Shown in pieces: positions 32,390 to 42,700 of a stretch of 64,000 nt of DNA. Source of the DNA: Carpediemonas membranifera BICM (lineage: Eukaryota > Protista > Fornicata); contig JAHDYR010000064.1 in NCBI GenBank assembly GCA_019828565.1, positions 248,001 through 312,000 on the forward strand, given 5' to 3'. The notes beneath the pieces were generated by a model, which made no database searches, had not been told where the DNA came from, and saw nothing but the letters and a program-made list of their open reading frames with translations. Numbering within the stretch: position 1 is the first letter of the stretch; every line of letters begins with the position of its first letter. The position numbers were made by a program, and so were the translations under genes.

Positions 32390-33571
32390 TCAGCGGCGTT
32401 TCTTGCCCTTCTTGCCTTTCTTCTTACCGCCCTTGCCCTTCTTCTTCCCTTTCTTTCCCTTCTTCCCTTTCTTCCCACCCTTGAGCGTTGGCGCGGTAGG
32501 CGGTGCCACGAGCATCGGCGGCAGACGGCCTGGCAGAGCGGACATAACCTGGTCAAGGGGTCGATCTGTCGGGGGAACAAGGGCCCGCTCCATCGTCTGG
32601 TGCATACTGTCGCTGATGCCGTCCATGCGACGTAGCCCCACAACAGACTTGGGCCGCAGGAGACTGTTGCCGGCTCTGATTTGTTGGGCATTTTCGTCAA
32701 CCTTGTAAAGTTTCTCACGGAGAGAAGGTCTGGCGGTCTGGGGTCGGTTCATCTTGAGAGTAGGCCGAGTAGACGGGCTAAGTACCCCTTCTTGCCTCCG
32801 CGTGTCGGCAGATCGACCCCGAAGAATGGTAGAGTTGTTACGGAGCGTTCCAATCAGCGTAGATTGCCTGGACATGCCAGCCATCTTCCGCTCTGTGTTG
32901 AGCTGCTCCCACTGAGTCACCTCGGCCTGCATCAGCACCCGCTTGTTTCTAGACTCGACCTGCTCGAGCAGCCGAGTGAACTCCGCGTCATCAATGCCTA
33001 GGTAGTCCTCGAAGACGCTGTCTTCATCCTCGTCCTCGGTCGACTCGTCGATTCGTGGAGGAACGTACGCGTACGGTGCAGAAAGGGGTCGCGGGGGCGG
33101 CTTGCTTGGCGTCTCAAACGTCGTCGTCCGCATGGTCGTAGCCATCGTCTCGGTCAGCGCAGAGAGGGGTCTATCGTTCTCTATAGCGTATGAGTGGGAG
33201 TACAGGATCGCGCTTGTGGGCCTGGAGCCGTGGCTGGAGGCAGACGATGGTCGGAATGCAGTCCTCGAGGCGCTCACGGGACGGGATGGTGGTTTCGGTA
33301 CGGGTGGCGGTTTCTGAGCAGTAACTGCATTGAGATTCTCGTATCGTTGCCTTCTTTGCCACCTGTGCTCCTGTATTTGCGAGTCCGTGAGCTTCGTCTC
33401 TCTTCGAGCAGAGGGCCGTTCATCAGGGATCAGCGATGGGTTGGATAGTTGTCGCTGTCCTAGTGGTTGCCCAGGACGTTCATTCAGTGTTGCTTGAACG
33501 CCTCTAAGCATTTCGCCGATAATATCTAAAGTGCAGAATTTGGTCAAAATATCGTGCCATGCTGACACCAC
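32390..33571 (-). CDS. Hypothetical low-complexity protein with a KKGKK tail
   Basis: RPxSA repeats; C-terminus KGGKKGKKGKKGKKKGKGGKKKGKKGKKRR. Confidence 0.6.
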   Translation of the reverse strand: MVSAWHDILTKFCTLDIIGEMLRGVQATLNERPGQPLGQRQLSNPSLIPDERPSARRETKLTDSQIQEHRWQRRQRYENLNAVTAQKPPPVPKPPSRPVSASRTAFRPSSASSHGSRPTSAILYSHSYAIENDRPLSALTETMATTMRTTTFETPSKPPPRPLSAPYAYVPPRIDESTEDEDEDSVFEDYLGIDDAEFTRLLEQVESRNKRVLMQAEVTQWEQLNTERKMAGMSRQSTLIGTLRNNSTILRGRSADTRRQEGVLSPSTRPTLKMNRPQTARPSLREKLYKVDENAQQIRAGNSLLRPKSVVGLRRMDGISDSMHQTMERALVPPTDRPLDQVMSALPGRLPPMLVAPPTAPTLKGGKKGKKGKKGKKKGKGGKKKGKKGKKRR

Positions 33572-33619
33572 GGACGGTCAACCCGCGGCACAGGCCATGT
33601 TCCATCGCAAAATACCGGT

Positions 33620-34498
33620 TTAGTTAGTTTTCTTGTCGTCGGTGACAGGCTTAGCACCCTCCTCGACTCCGAGTAGACGGTTGAACGTCTCGTGACCAGT
33701 CTCCATCGGCCGCATGGTGATCAGGCGCCGCATCACCTCAATAGGGCTGTATCTGATGATCGAGGCGACCTTAAACCACTTGGCGTAAATGACCTCGGCG
33801 ATGAGGAGCCAGAAGACCAGGGCACGGGCATCGAGCTCAGACAGCACGAACGGTGAGGTCGGGTTGAGTCTCACGAGATAGTAGACCACAGCAGCCATGA
33901 CTGTGGCTTGGACGGGGCGGGCTGGGTTGGCCCAGGTGTGAGTGTCGGCCCGAGTTTGAAGACGGGCCTCCCAGGCGGCAACAAGGGCGCCGACCGAGCC
34001 CGCAACGATACCGCTGAGAAGAACCATGAACTGATTCGAGGCGTGTCTCGCGCTGACGAGATTCATGGCGACAACGATGGTGTCGAGCTTCGAGAGCTGA
34101 CCGAGCACGTCAAACGCATACCGGATGGGTGTCTTGTTCATGAAACGGAGCAGCACGCAGCGAGGCGGCATGACGAGGAAGGTGAAGCAGACTGTGTAGT
34201 ATATGATGAGTCGAGGGTTGTCCACCCAGCCTGGATAAGAATGGCCCATGAAAGCAGCGACAGAGCCACCGGAGAAGCACATGAAGAAGCCAATGATGTA
34301 GAGATAGAGAATACTGCAGTTTCTGCGATTGGGGATCCAGGCGGACATGACGCTGAGGATGTGGGCCGAGATGACGATGGGAAACATCGGGATCGTGTTG
34401 AACCAGTGGAAAAAATCGTTTGCTGAGGGATTCCCGATGAAAATGAACGGGATCTTGTCCCCAAGTATCATGGCCAACTGTCCAAGGCCGGTAGTCAT
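33620..34498 (-). CDS. TRIC (TMEM38-like) trimeric intracellular cation channel
   Basis: MFPIVISAH, CFSGGSV and AGSVGALV glycine motifs; about 7 TM segments. Confidence 0.7.
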   Translation of the reverse strand: MTTGLGQLAMILGDKIPFIFIGNPSANDFFHWFNTIPMFPIVISAHILSVMSAWIPNRRNCSILYLYIIGFFMCFSGGSVAAFMGHSYPGWVDNPRLIIYYTVCFTFLVMPPRCVLLRFMNKTPIRYAFDVLGQLSKLDTIVVAMNLVSARHASNQFMVLLSGIVAGSVGALVAAWEARLQTRADTHTWANPARPVQATVMAAVVYYLVRLNPTSPFVLSELDARALVFWLLIAEVIYAKWFKVASIIRYSPIEVMRRLITMRPMETGHETFNRLLGVEEGAKPVTDDKKTN

Positions 34499-35350
34499 TT
34501 CGCGAGGCAGCTGTGCCCATTTATGCGATTTATGGCAAATGCAAACCGAGTATGCGACTAATCGTGCTAGTTCTGAAGAGAGTGGCTATGGTATGATATG
34601 TCATATGGTGAGTTGGGTTGGGATGATATTAGACGAGGATGATGGAAATGGTTCTTGGTTGACCAGAGTTGGCCATCAAGACGAGACAAAGCACTGCCAG
34701 CGGCTCGCCCCAGTGGCAGTACATGTGTGTACATAGTATGTATGTGAATATGGGATAATCTGCAAGGGCGCATGTCAAAGGTGATTGGCATGGATGAATG
34801 AAGGCGACGAGTGTCAGCACGGAGCAGGCGTGGATACTGTACATCGGCACTAGGTATCCCACTGCGGCATGCATTATGACCTTTCCGTCACTCGAGCAGC
34901 GTCAGGAGTCGGTCGACGTGCCCCACCATTCTCACAGTCGCAGCGGCAGCATCAAACTTCACCACGTCTTCTGGTTTCATGTATGACCTTAGGATGAGGT
35001 AGTAGCTGTCGCTGAGGTGCAGGATCGTGGTGATGCAGTCGTGTTCTCGGGTATGGAGGATTGACAGCGCTGTCTGGCATAGTATGTCGCACAATGGCGA
35101 GGAAACTGATAGTAGTTTGTGAAATATGTCCAGGGAATCAGAGGTATCTGTGCCTACTTCCGCGACTGTCGCGAATTTGGACTTTTTCCTCCGCACGACA
35201 GCGCAAAACCGCGCTCGGGATGTACTGGCGTCCATTTCCACTATTTCAGACAATACACCCTCTATTAGCCCAGCATTCTTCGTTGCTGGAGCTCGTTTCC
35301 AGCATGTTCTAAACATAGTGATCGGCAGCCAAAACTGCGCCCCTCCTAAC

Positions 35351-35417
35351 AGAAGTCTGCTATAGACGATTGAGAGTCTTACTTTACTGCTTGCACTGTG
35401 CACTCTATGATACTTCA
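35351..35417 (+). mobile_element. 67-bp miniature derivative of the 54396-55071 element, 5-bp TSD CTAAC
   Basis: 35352-35375 equals the reverse complement of 55047-55070 (24/24) and 35388-35417 equals the reverse complement of 54396-54425 (30/30). CTAAC flanks both sides (35346-35350, 35418-35422). Confidence 0.9.
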
Positions 35418-35445
35418 CTAACAGTTCCAACTAACCGCTTGTCAT

Positions 35446-36676
35446 TTATGTACGTGCCCGCTTGCGCTTCTCAGGGAAAACGAGCGGCAGCTTGTCCAGC
35501 CTGATAGAACCGGCCACAGGCGTCGCAGAGGTCGACTTCCGCTTCCCAGCTCCAGACGCCGACGATGCAGTGCATCCAAGCTGTCTCGCCATCTCAACAA
35601 CATCCTTGAGAGGAAGCTTCAAGTCTTCGGCAATACGAGAAGCATCCTCGATGTCGAATTGGGCAGCGTGTAGGGCCACGATGACTGCTCTCAGCCTCAG
35701 ACCCTTCTTTTGGGAGTCCGAGATCTTCGTCTTTCTTCCCCTGGAAGTAACGAGCTCGCCCTCCTTGACCCACTCCCAGACCTTCATGGGGCAGACACCC
35801 AGGCTAGCGTCGAGCTTCTCTTGGTCGTTGAGATCACGGCTGCCCATGCATGCGAGGCGGATGTAAGTGGTGTACATAAGGAGGAGAGCGCCCTGCTTAG
35901 CAACCATGGCGTCGCTGGTGATGGATGCCAGCTCTCCAAACCGGGCCTGGACGAAGGATGGCCAAGTTTCTTCGGAGGACGAGGGGTTGCGGGCGACTTC
36001 AGCGAGAACCTCGCCCTGGAACTCCTCATAGTGCTCCTCGGGCAACACGCCTGAGAGTGGGTAGGCGTCCTCGGGCTTGGTGGCGGTCTTATCGTGCGGG
36101 GGGATAAGGGTCGACCTGGAAACATCAGCAGCAAGGTCAACGCCGTCAGCAGCCTTGAGAACCTGCTGCTCCATGGCGGCAGAGGTGGCTGTATCGAGGT
36201 TGTTCGCGCTCTGCCTGTTGCTGATGGCGCGCTGGAGGGAGGTCTGACGCTTACGAGAGCCAAAGGTCTCCGCGAGGCCGATTCGCTGCTGAGAGATGGA
36301 GGCAGCGGCCGAGTCGTTCTCAGACTGTGTGGCGTCCTTGCGGTATGGGACGAGGGAGTAGAGCTGGTGGGCGGGGCACAGGGTCATCTCTTTGCTGCCC
36401 TTCTTTCTGATGCCGACGAGATACTTCATTCCAGGGCCTGTAGTCTTATCTGAAATGTAGGACTGCTCCTCAACGTTGCCGAGAAGAAGGAATTCCTTCT
36501 TCTGCTGGTTCTTGAAGACAGTAAGGCCAATGCGGCTCTCGGACTTTGTGTTCAGAGTTGTAGCGGGGGGAGCGCCTTGTGGAAAGGAGACTACGTCAAT
36601 AACAACGGTTGTACATACAAACAAACGGCGCAGAATCAGAATTACCACCAGCAACGTGGAGTTTGGCCTTGGTCAT
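35446..36676 (-). CDS. RPA49: RNA polymerase I subunit RPA49/PAF53; intron 36591-36618
   Basis: KYLVGI..K....L, LAETFGSRKRQ, IPPHDKTATKPEDAYPL..VLP, IAEDLKL, RQLGC and LPLVFP; a 28-nt intron joins MTKAKLHVAGG. Confidence 0.85.
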
Positions 36677-37004
36677 CGCTTTGCTGCCAGTTTTGCATGA
36701 AAAAAGAACCGACCAGATTACCGCACTTTTCACAGCCTTCGAGAGGTAATACCATTATTTAGTCCTGCGTACATGCCCACTGCCCACATTTCTATACACG
36801 CACCCCAAGAGGCTGACCTCCCTTGCTTGCTCCCGGCCCGGCTGAACTGGGCATGACTGTTCAGAGGCAAGACGGGCTGGAACAGTCGATTGGTCCGGTC
36901 GCCTCGGCCAGAGCGGGGTGACTACCACCGTTGCCTCATCGACATCATCGCGCAGACCTCGGTCGAAAATTTAAACCGCATTCTAAAACTGCGCACGACT
37001 CATC

Positions 37005-38690
37005 CTACACCTTGATCAGCGCCTGCATGTCCGACGACATCTCCCGAATAACGCCATTCTGCTCAGTAGCAGTGACCACCTCGTACTCCCCATCATCCTT
37101 GACTCGGCGACAGTTGATCATGCTGAGCTTGTAGCTGACCGACGGAATGGAGTCGTGGATCGTGCAATTGTTGAGGCTCACAAGCTTGACATTAGGGAAC
37201 ACGCTTGAGAGTCGAACAAGACTGACTTCGCCCTTGTCGACAAAAATCTTTCGAACAGATTTGATTGAGTCAACAATCAAGGTCACCAAATGCACGAAAA
37301 ACGGAGAAATGGTTTGGAAATTACAGCTGATAGAAGTCAAGTCGAATGCATTCGCAATCCTTGCAACCTGAGGCGCAATATCCCCTCCTAAGCTAGGCAT
37401 TGATCTGAACATTAGTGTGGTAAGACTGGTGTGCTTTCCTGCCATATACGGGTCAAAATCGAGTCCAAGCGTGGTAACATGCACCATACGATCGACGAAA
37501 TGGTCCAGGTCTGCCAGTTCGACCCAAGACCTGCAGTCGAGCATCAGCTGGTTGAGTTTGGGATAGCAGAGCATTGCTGAGGCGACTGCAGAGGTATACT
37601 CGTCCGCTGGGAGGTTCCAGTCAAGAATCTGGAGACGCACGACGTTGCCAGCAGGCCAGGACTGGCCAGACCATTTCTTGGGACTTTTGACGTATAGAGT
37701 GTCTACGCAGTCATTGAACACCATGCGACGGGCCACGTGATCGGAAAACTCCTGATGGCAGATCATGAAAAGGCTGTGGGGCCAAGCACGAGCGGTGTGG
37801 AGCAGCGCGGTATCGCTCAGCCCGGCAATGAAGCTGATCATGGGCTGGAGAGCGTCAAACGGCTGCTTTCCGTGATGGTCCTTGGATGCCGAGTGGAGGG
37901 CAGCCGTCATGGACGCGAGAATGCCGCTGAGCACCTGCACGGGCACGCCGTCTTCGTGGGGGGTGTACTGGTCCTCGTTAATGGACGCATAGAGGTCCAA
38001 TCCATTGCTAACGCCAGTCTCATCCCATCTAGGACGCTTGATGTGCTGTGAGAGACGACTCGCCTGGTCTCTGAGGATGAAACCGTTCAAACCAGGCTGG
38101 GAGTACGGCTGGATCGCCATTTGTGACCCACTCACCTCGTGTGGTGCAGTTTTCGAAGGATGGGCGTCAACCATGGGAGGCAAACTGTCGAATATGTCTA
38201 GGTCATCTATCGTGGGCGAGAGCATCGTGCGAGACAAGTCCGAGGCTATCGGGACCATCGACTCTGAGAGTTCCTGTGAAGGGGCATCACGCTGAGGGCG
38301 ATATGTCCTTGGCTGGGACTGGGGCCGCGGGGCGGGCTGGGCTGGGGTCACAGGCTGCAGTGTCTCTCTGAGAAGCGGCGCAGACTCACGGGCGTTGTCC
38401 TCGTCCTCGATGGGCTTGAGGAACTTGGCCCACTGGGTCGACAGGACGAAACCGGCGTTCGTCACACTGTTTGGAAGGGATAACGCTCTCGCAACGTCTT
38501 TCCAGCGCTTCGTTCGTGAGATCTCACTAACTCCTCCACGTTCTCGTACACTGTTGTACAGAATCTTGAAGTCTAAGGGCGAATGGCCCACTATAGGCCA
38601 ACGTCCCGCGGGATTGTCCCTTTGATAGCGCTGGAACACATCGGCATTGAAAGGGTCTGTTTTGATCTCTTCTACTGTCCTCCGTGCCAT
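37005..38690 (-). CDS. ARID/BRIGHT DNA-binding domain protein
   Basis: PIVGHSPLDFKILYNSVRERGG..ISRTKRWKDVARAL...AGFVL..W.KFL. Confidence 0.85.
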   Translation of the reverse strand: MARRTVEEIKTDPFNADVFQRYQRDNPAGRWPIVGHSPLDFKILYNSVRERGGVSEISRTKRWKDVARALSLPNSVTNAGFVLSTQWAKFLKPIEDEDNARESAPLLRETLQPVTPAQPAPRPQSQPRTYRPQRDAPSQELSESMVPIASDLSRTMLSPTIDDLDIFDSLPPMVDAHPSKTAPHEVSGSQMAIQPYSQPGLNGFILRDQASRLSQHIKRPRWDETGVSNGLDLYASINEDQYTPHEDGVPVQVLSGILASMTAALHSASKDHHGKQPFDALQPMISFIAGLSDTALLHTARAWPHSLFMICHQEFSDHVARRMVFNDCVDTLYVKSPKKWSGQSWPAGNVVRLQILDWNLPADEYTSAVASAMLCYPKLNQLMLDCRSWVELADLDHFVDRMVHVTTLGLDFDPYMAGKHTSLTTLMFRSMPSLGGDIAPQVARIANAFDLTSISCNFQTISPFFVHLVTLIVDSIKSVRKIFVDKGEVSLVRLSSVFPNVKLVSLNNCTIHDSIPSVSYKLSMINCRRVKDDGEYEVVTATEQNGVIREMSSDMQALIKV

Positions 38691-38938
38691 GTATTACGCG
38701 CCAGTGTTGTTTTGGTCTTTGACTCACGCTGATGTGGAGAACTACTCAACTGTCGGCAAATCAATCTGATCCGCCAGAGATTGATCTCAATATTGATCCA
38801 TTGAGGTCCAGAGACACAGTGCCACGGGTTCTCGAAACGTCTCACATATTTACAGTGTCTGGCGAGAACAATCTCGCTCTTGATTGACCTCATCCAAGAA
38901 CAGGCACCTTAAGCATACTGCCCAAGTCCACTACGTCC

Positions 38939-39394
38939 TCATTCGTACCACTCCAGCACCTCGTACTCGATGGCGCGTGCAGGGCATACGCGGGTGCAGC
39001 TCATGTCCGCTGTGCACTTTTCGTCGCTCTGGACAAGAATGCGGTGGCCGGTCGGGTGCTCGGGGTCTTTCTCGGCCCAACTCAGGGCTTTCTCGGGGCA
39101 TGACCGGACGCAGCGGCCACAATGGACGCAGCGTTGGTCGGACCAGTTGATTTTCACCACTTTAGGCTTCTTTCCGCCGTTAGTCGCTGAAATTTCAACG
39201 TCATTGGCGCTTCTCTTGGGGATCAATGGGTTCTTGGGACGCATTGGCTGTCTGCGGCCGACATTTTTCACCGAAGGGTCAAAGAGCACATGGCGCTGAA
39301 GCATGGTTTTAGCGACGCCTTCCGTCGATATTTCAACCTGGTCTCTCTCTTCCTCTTCAATGATTTCGTCTCTATCCTCTTCAATGGGCTCCAT
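38939..39394 (-). CDS. Dicluster [4Fe-4S] ferredoxin-like protein with acidic N-terminal extension
   Basis: CVHCGRCVRSCP and CTADMSCTRVCP motifs. Confidence 0.8.
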   Translation of the reverse strand: MEPIEEDRDEIIEEEERDQVEISTEGVAKTMLQRHVLFDPSVKNVGRRQPMRPKNPLIPKRSANDVEISATNGGKKPKVVKINWSDQRCVHCGRCVRSCPEKALSWAEKDPEHPTGHRILVQSDEKCTADMSCTRVCPARAIEYEVLEWYE

Positions 39395-39707
39395 CGAACA
39401 CCAGGGCGGTTAACCTGCGTTCTGAGCGCATCAAATTGCTAGGCGTCTGCCGGCTCTGTTCATCGTCCATTGAACGCGCAGCCTTTCTTTCTTCCATTTG
39501 TTCTTTCGTCTTGGCGACGAAATCAACATGGAATCTGACAAACGTTATTTCCAACATGAACATATCATCGCCCCCGTTTCGTCAGCGGGTGTTCTCAGAT
39601 GCCAAGTGAGATACCATGTTCAAAAATCTTTATATCTGCCTGATGTCGAAGTAATCTGATGAGGCTGTCGAATTCGACTCGAGAGCCAGTCAAACGGAGT
39701 GGCCTGG

Positions 39708-42700
39708 ATGCGCCTCTTCGGACGAAAGAGGAGTGTTAAAACTGATACAGGCAAGTCTACGCCTACTAATACGCGTCCCCGAATGGAAAATCCAGCCAAA
39801 CATGCTGGTTTTGTCCAGTTGTTGCTCTTTTCTTACTTGGGTGGGTTCTTTTCCCTCGCCCGGCGCAACACTATTACTAGCAATGATCTATACCTTCCTA
39901 TGCCCAAGTACACATCATACAGGGCCTATATGAAGCTCCTCCGAGGCTTCAACCGCAGTCGTGTTCTTTCCTTCGGCAAGATTCCTCGCAAGTTCAAGAT
40001 TGCCCGAGCTATCTTCTTCGACCTGGCCGTCCCGACCTACTTTGCCATCATCCTGGTCATTATCGGCGTGGTAGCCCAATACACGTATACCGCAATGATC
40101 ACGCCCTTCACACGCGTCCTCGAAGGCGATTACAACGTCTACACAAGTACCCTCATCGTCGCAGCCATGGCGTGCGTCCCATTCATCACCGCCTTCTGCA
40201 ACACCCACGCCATGACTGTCTCTATGCGCGTCGGTCGTTCGGTCGAGGTCTCTGTCAAGTCTCTCATCATGCAGAAGCTCGGTAAGGTCAGCGCCGGCCT
40301 CCAGGCAGCTCTCAGCAGCGGCAAGCTCATCCAGATCTCCATGACTGACGTCCAATCAATCCAGAGGTTCTTCCAGCAGCTAACCAACCTCGTGACAGTC
40401 CCCATCTCACTGTTGGCCAACTTCATCATCATGGTCTGGATGCTCGGCTGGCTCCCTGCTGTGCTTTCTATCGTCATCCTCGTCGTGCTCATCCCACTCG
40501 CCTTTAGCTCGACTATTCTCATCTTCGTTGGTTTCTTCAAAAAGATGAAGCTCGCGGGTGAGCGCGTCAAGTGGATTACTGAGGTCCTCAACGGCATTCA
40601 GACCATCAAGGTCCAGGCCTGGGAAGACTCGTTCGCTGGTCTGGTCGCCAAACTCCGTGCCCGCGAGCTCCGCGCCATGGTTTTCTCATTGGCCGGCTTC
40701 ACCTTCCAAAACGTGGTCACCTCTACCTTCCCAGTGATCGTCATCTTCTTCACGCTGCTCGGTTATGAGCTTGTCACTGGTAATATCGACACTGCCAGGC
40801 TATATACAGTCATGAGCCTAGCATTTCAGCTCCAGGGGCCGTTTAGGAACCTCCCCCAGGCCCTGAACGCACTAGTACAGTCGCTGACCTCGCTTAGGAG
40901 AGTGCAGGCTTTCCTCGAACTGCCGGAGATCGAACCCGAATCTATGGACCACACAGTGTTACCACACGGGACAGTTATTCTCGAGGGGACCTTCGCATGG
41001 CTCTGGAGGACTGATATCGTTCCCAAGATCCTCAAGGAGAAGCGCCAGAACAAGGCGGATGCTAAGGAAGCCAAGAAAGAGCGCGCCTCTCAACGTTCAA
41101 CCAGCGGAGCAACCACGCCGAACGACGCCGCGGCCCGTGGCACCGGGCTCAAGGGCAAGGAGCGGGGCAACTTCCGTCTCTCCATCCCTGGACCCATCAC
41201 TGTGCCTCACATGGCCCTCGTTCACATCACAGCCCCCGTTGCTGCTGGTAAGAGTGCCCTGCTGCACGCTGTTCTCGGCGAGATGCGGCGGGTCGACCCG
41301 ACACCGAGCCTGGCGGACCTGTATGACTTTACCCCGGTCCCCCGCAGCGCCTGTATGCACGGTGGATCCGTCTCCTACTGCTCCCAGGATCCGTGGCTTA
41401 CCACCAAGTCCATCAGGGACAACATCGTCATGCACGAGCCGTGGGACGAGGATAGGTACCGTTCCGTTCTGTTCGCTGCTTGCCTCGGTCCTGACCTTGA
41501 GGTGCTCGACCACAAGGACATGACACTCGTCGGCGAGCACGGGTTGACCCTCTCGGGCGGCCAGAAGGCCCGCGTCAACCTGGCTCGCTGCCTCTACCGC
41601 AAGGCAGACGTCTACGTCATCGACGACCCCCTCGCTGCTGTAGACGCCCACGTCTGCGAGCACATCATCACCCACGCCCTCGGCACGTTCCTCGCCGACA
41701 AGACGGTACTCGTGGCGTCCCACCGCGACGTCCCCGCGGACATGCAGATCACCATCACCAGAGAGCACGTTGTGTCCCTCAACGAGGAATACTCACCCCG
41801 CTCTCTCGAGCCAGCGGAGCCTGACCTTACTTCCCTCGACAACCTCATCCAGAGCACTGATAGTGGTGCCGAGAACACGCACACGAGCGAAGAAGCGGTC
41901 CACCGTAACGTCACGTTCAAGACGTATCTCCGCCTCATCTCTCTCGGCGGCGGTATTCCCATCGTCATCGCCGCCGCATGCTGCCTCCTGCTCGCCCAAC
42001 TCAGCTTCTCAGGCGTGTCCTTCTGGATCACGGCATGGTCGAACTGGCCAGACTTCATGTCGTGGCACTGCTGGCTGCTCGGTATCTTCATCATCGGCAG
42101 TGTCATGGTCGTCGGCAACACTACAAGGTCCGTTACACTGTTTAGCGCCACTATTCGGGTCTCGTCGCATCTTCATAAGACGCTGGTCAAGCGCGTCATG
42201 TCTGCCCCGATGAGCTTCTTCGAGACTGTTCCGGTCGGACGCATTGTTAACCGGTTCTCCACAGACATTGGCCTCGTAGACCTCTCGCTCCAGCTCAACC
42301 TGACCTTCTTTCTTGTCATGGTTGTCTCAGTAGTCTTCACGCTTGTGTCCATGGTGTTTGTGATGCCCGGCATCATTATCGTGGTTGTGCCAGTCATCGT
42401 TGTCTACCTTTACATCATGCGGACTGTCAAGTCGCCGTTCATCCAGCTCCGTCGCCTCCAAGGGTCCTCGAACTCGCCTGTCGTTTCACATTTTAGTGAG
42501 ACAATGAGCGGTATCACCACCATCAGAGCGCACGAAGACGTCGCCAACAACCAGCGGGCGGCCCAGGATCTAATGGACGGCTACCTCACGCCGGTACACG
42601 CCTTCATCGACTGCCAGAGCTTCGTCTTCCTGTGGACCCAGATCCTCGGCGCCATTCTCAGCGCAGGTGTTGTGATCATCGCCATCCCCATGTCACAGCT

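Noticed and set aside
34888-35430. 180-aa minus-strand ORF
   Set aside because: It starts at a non-ATG codon and runs through the mini-transposon. The downstream part may be a gene fragment but has no recognisable motif.
36786-36797. CATTTCTATA resembling U3 snoRNA box A
   Set aside because: Boxes A', B, C and D were not found in the proper order; kept only as an unassigned structured region.
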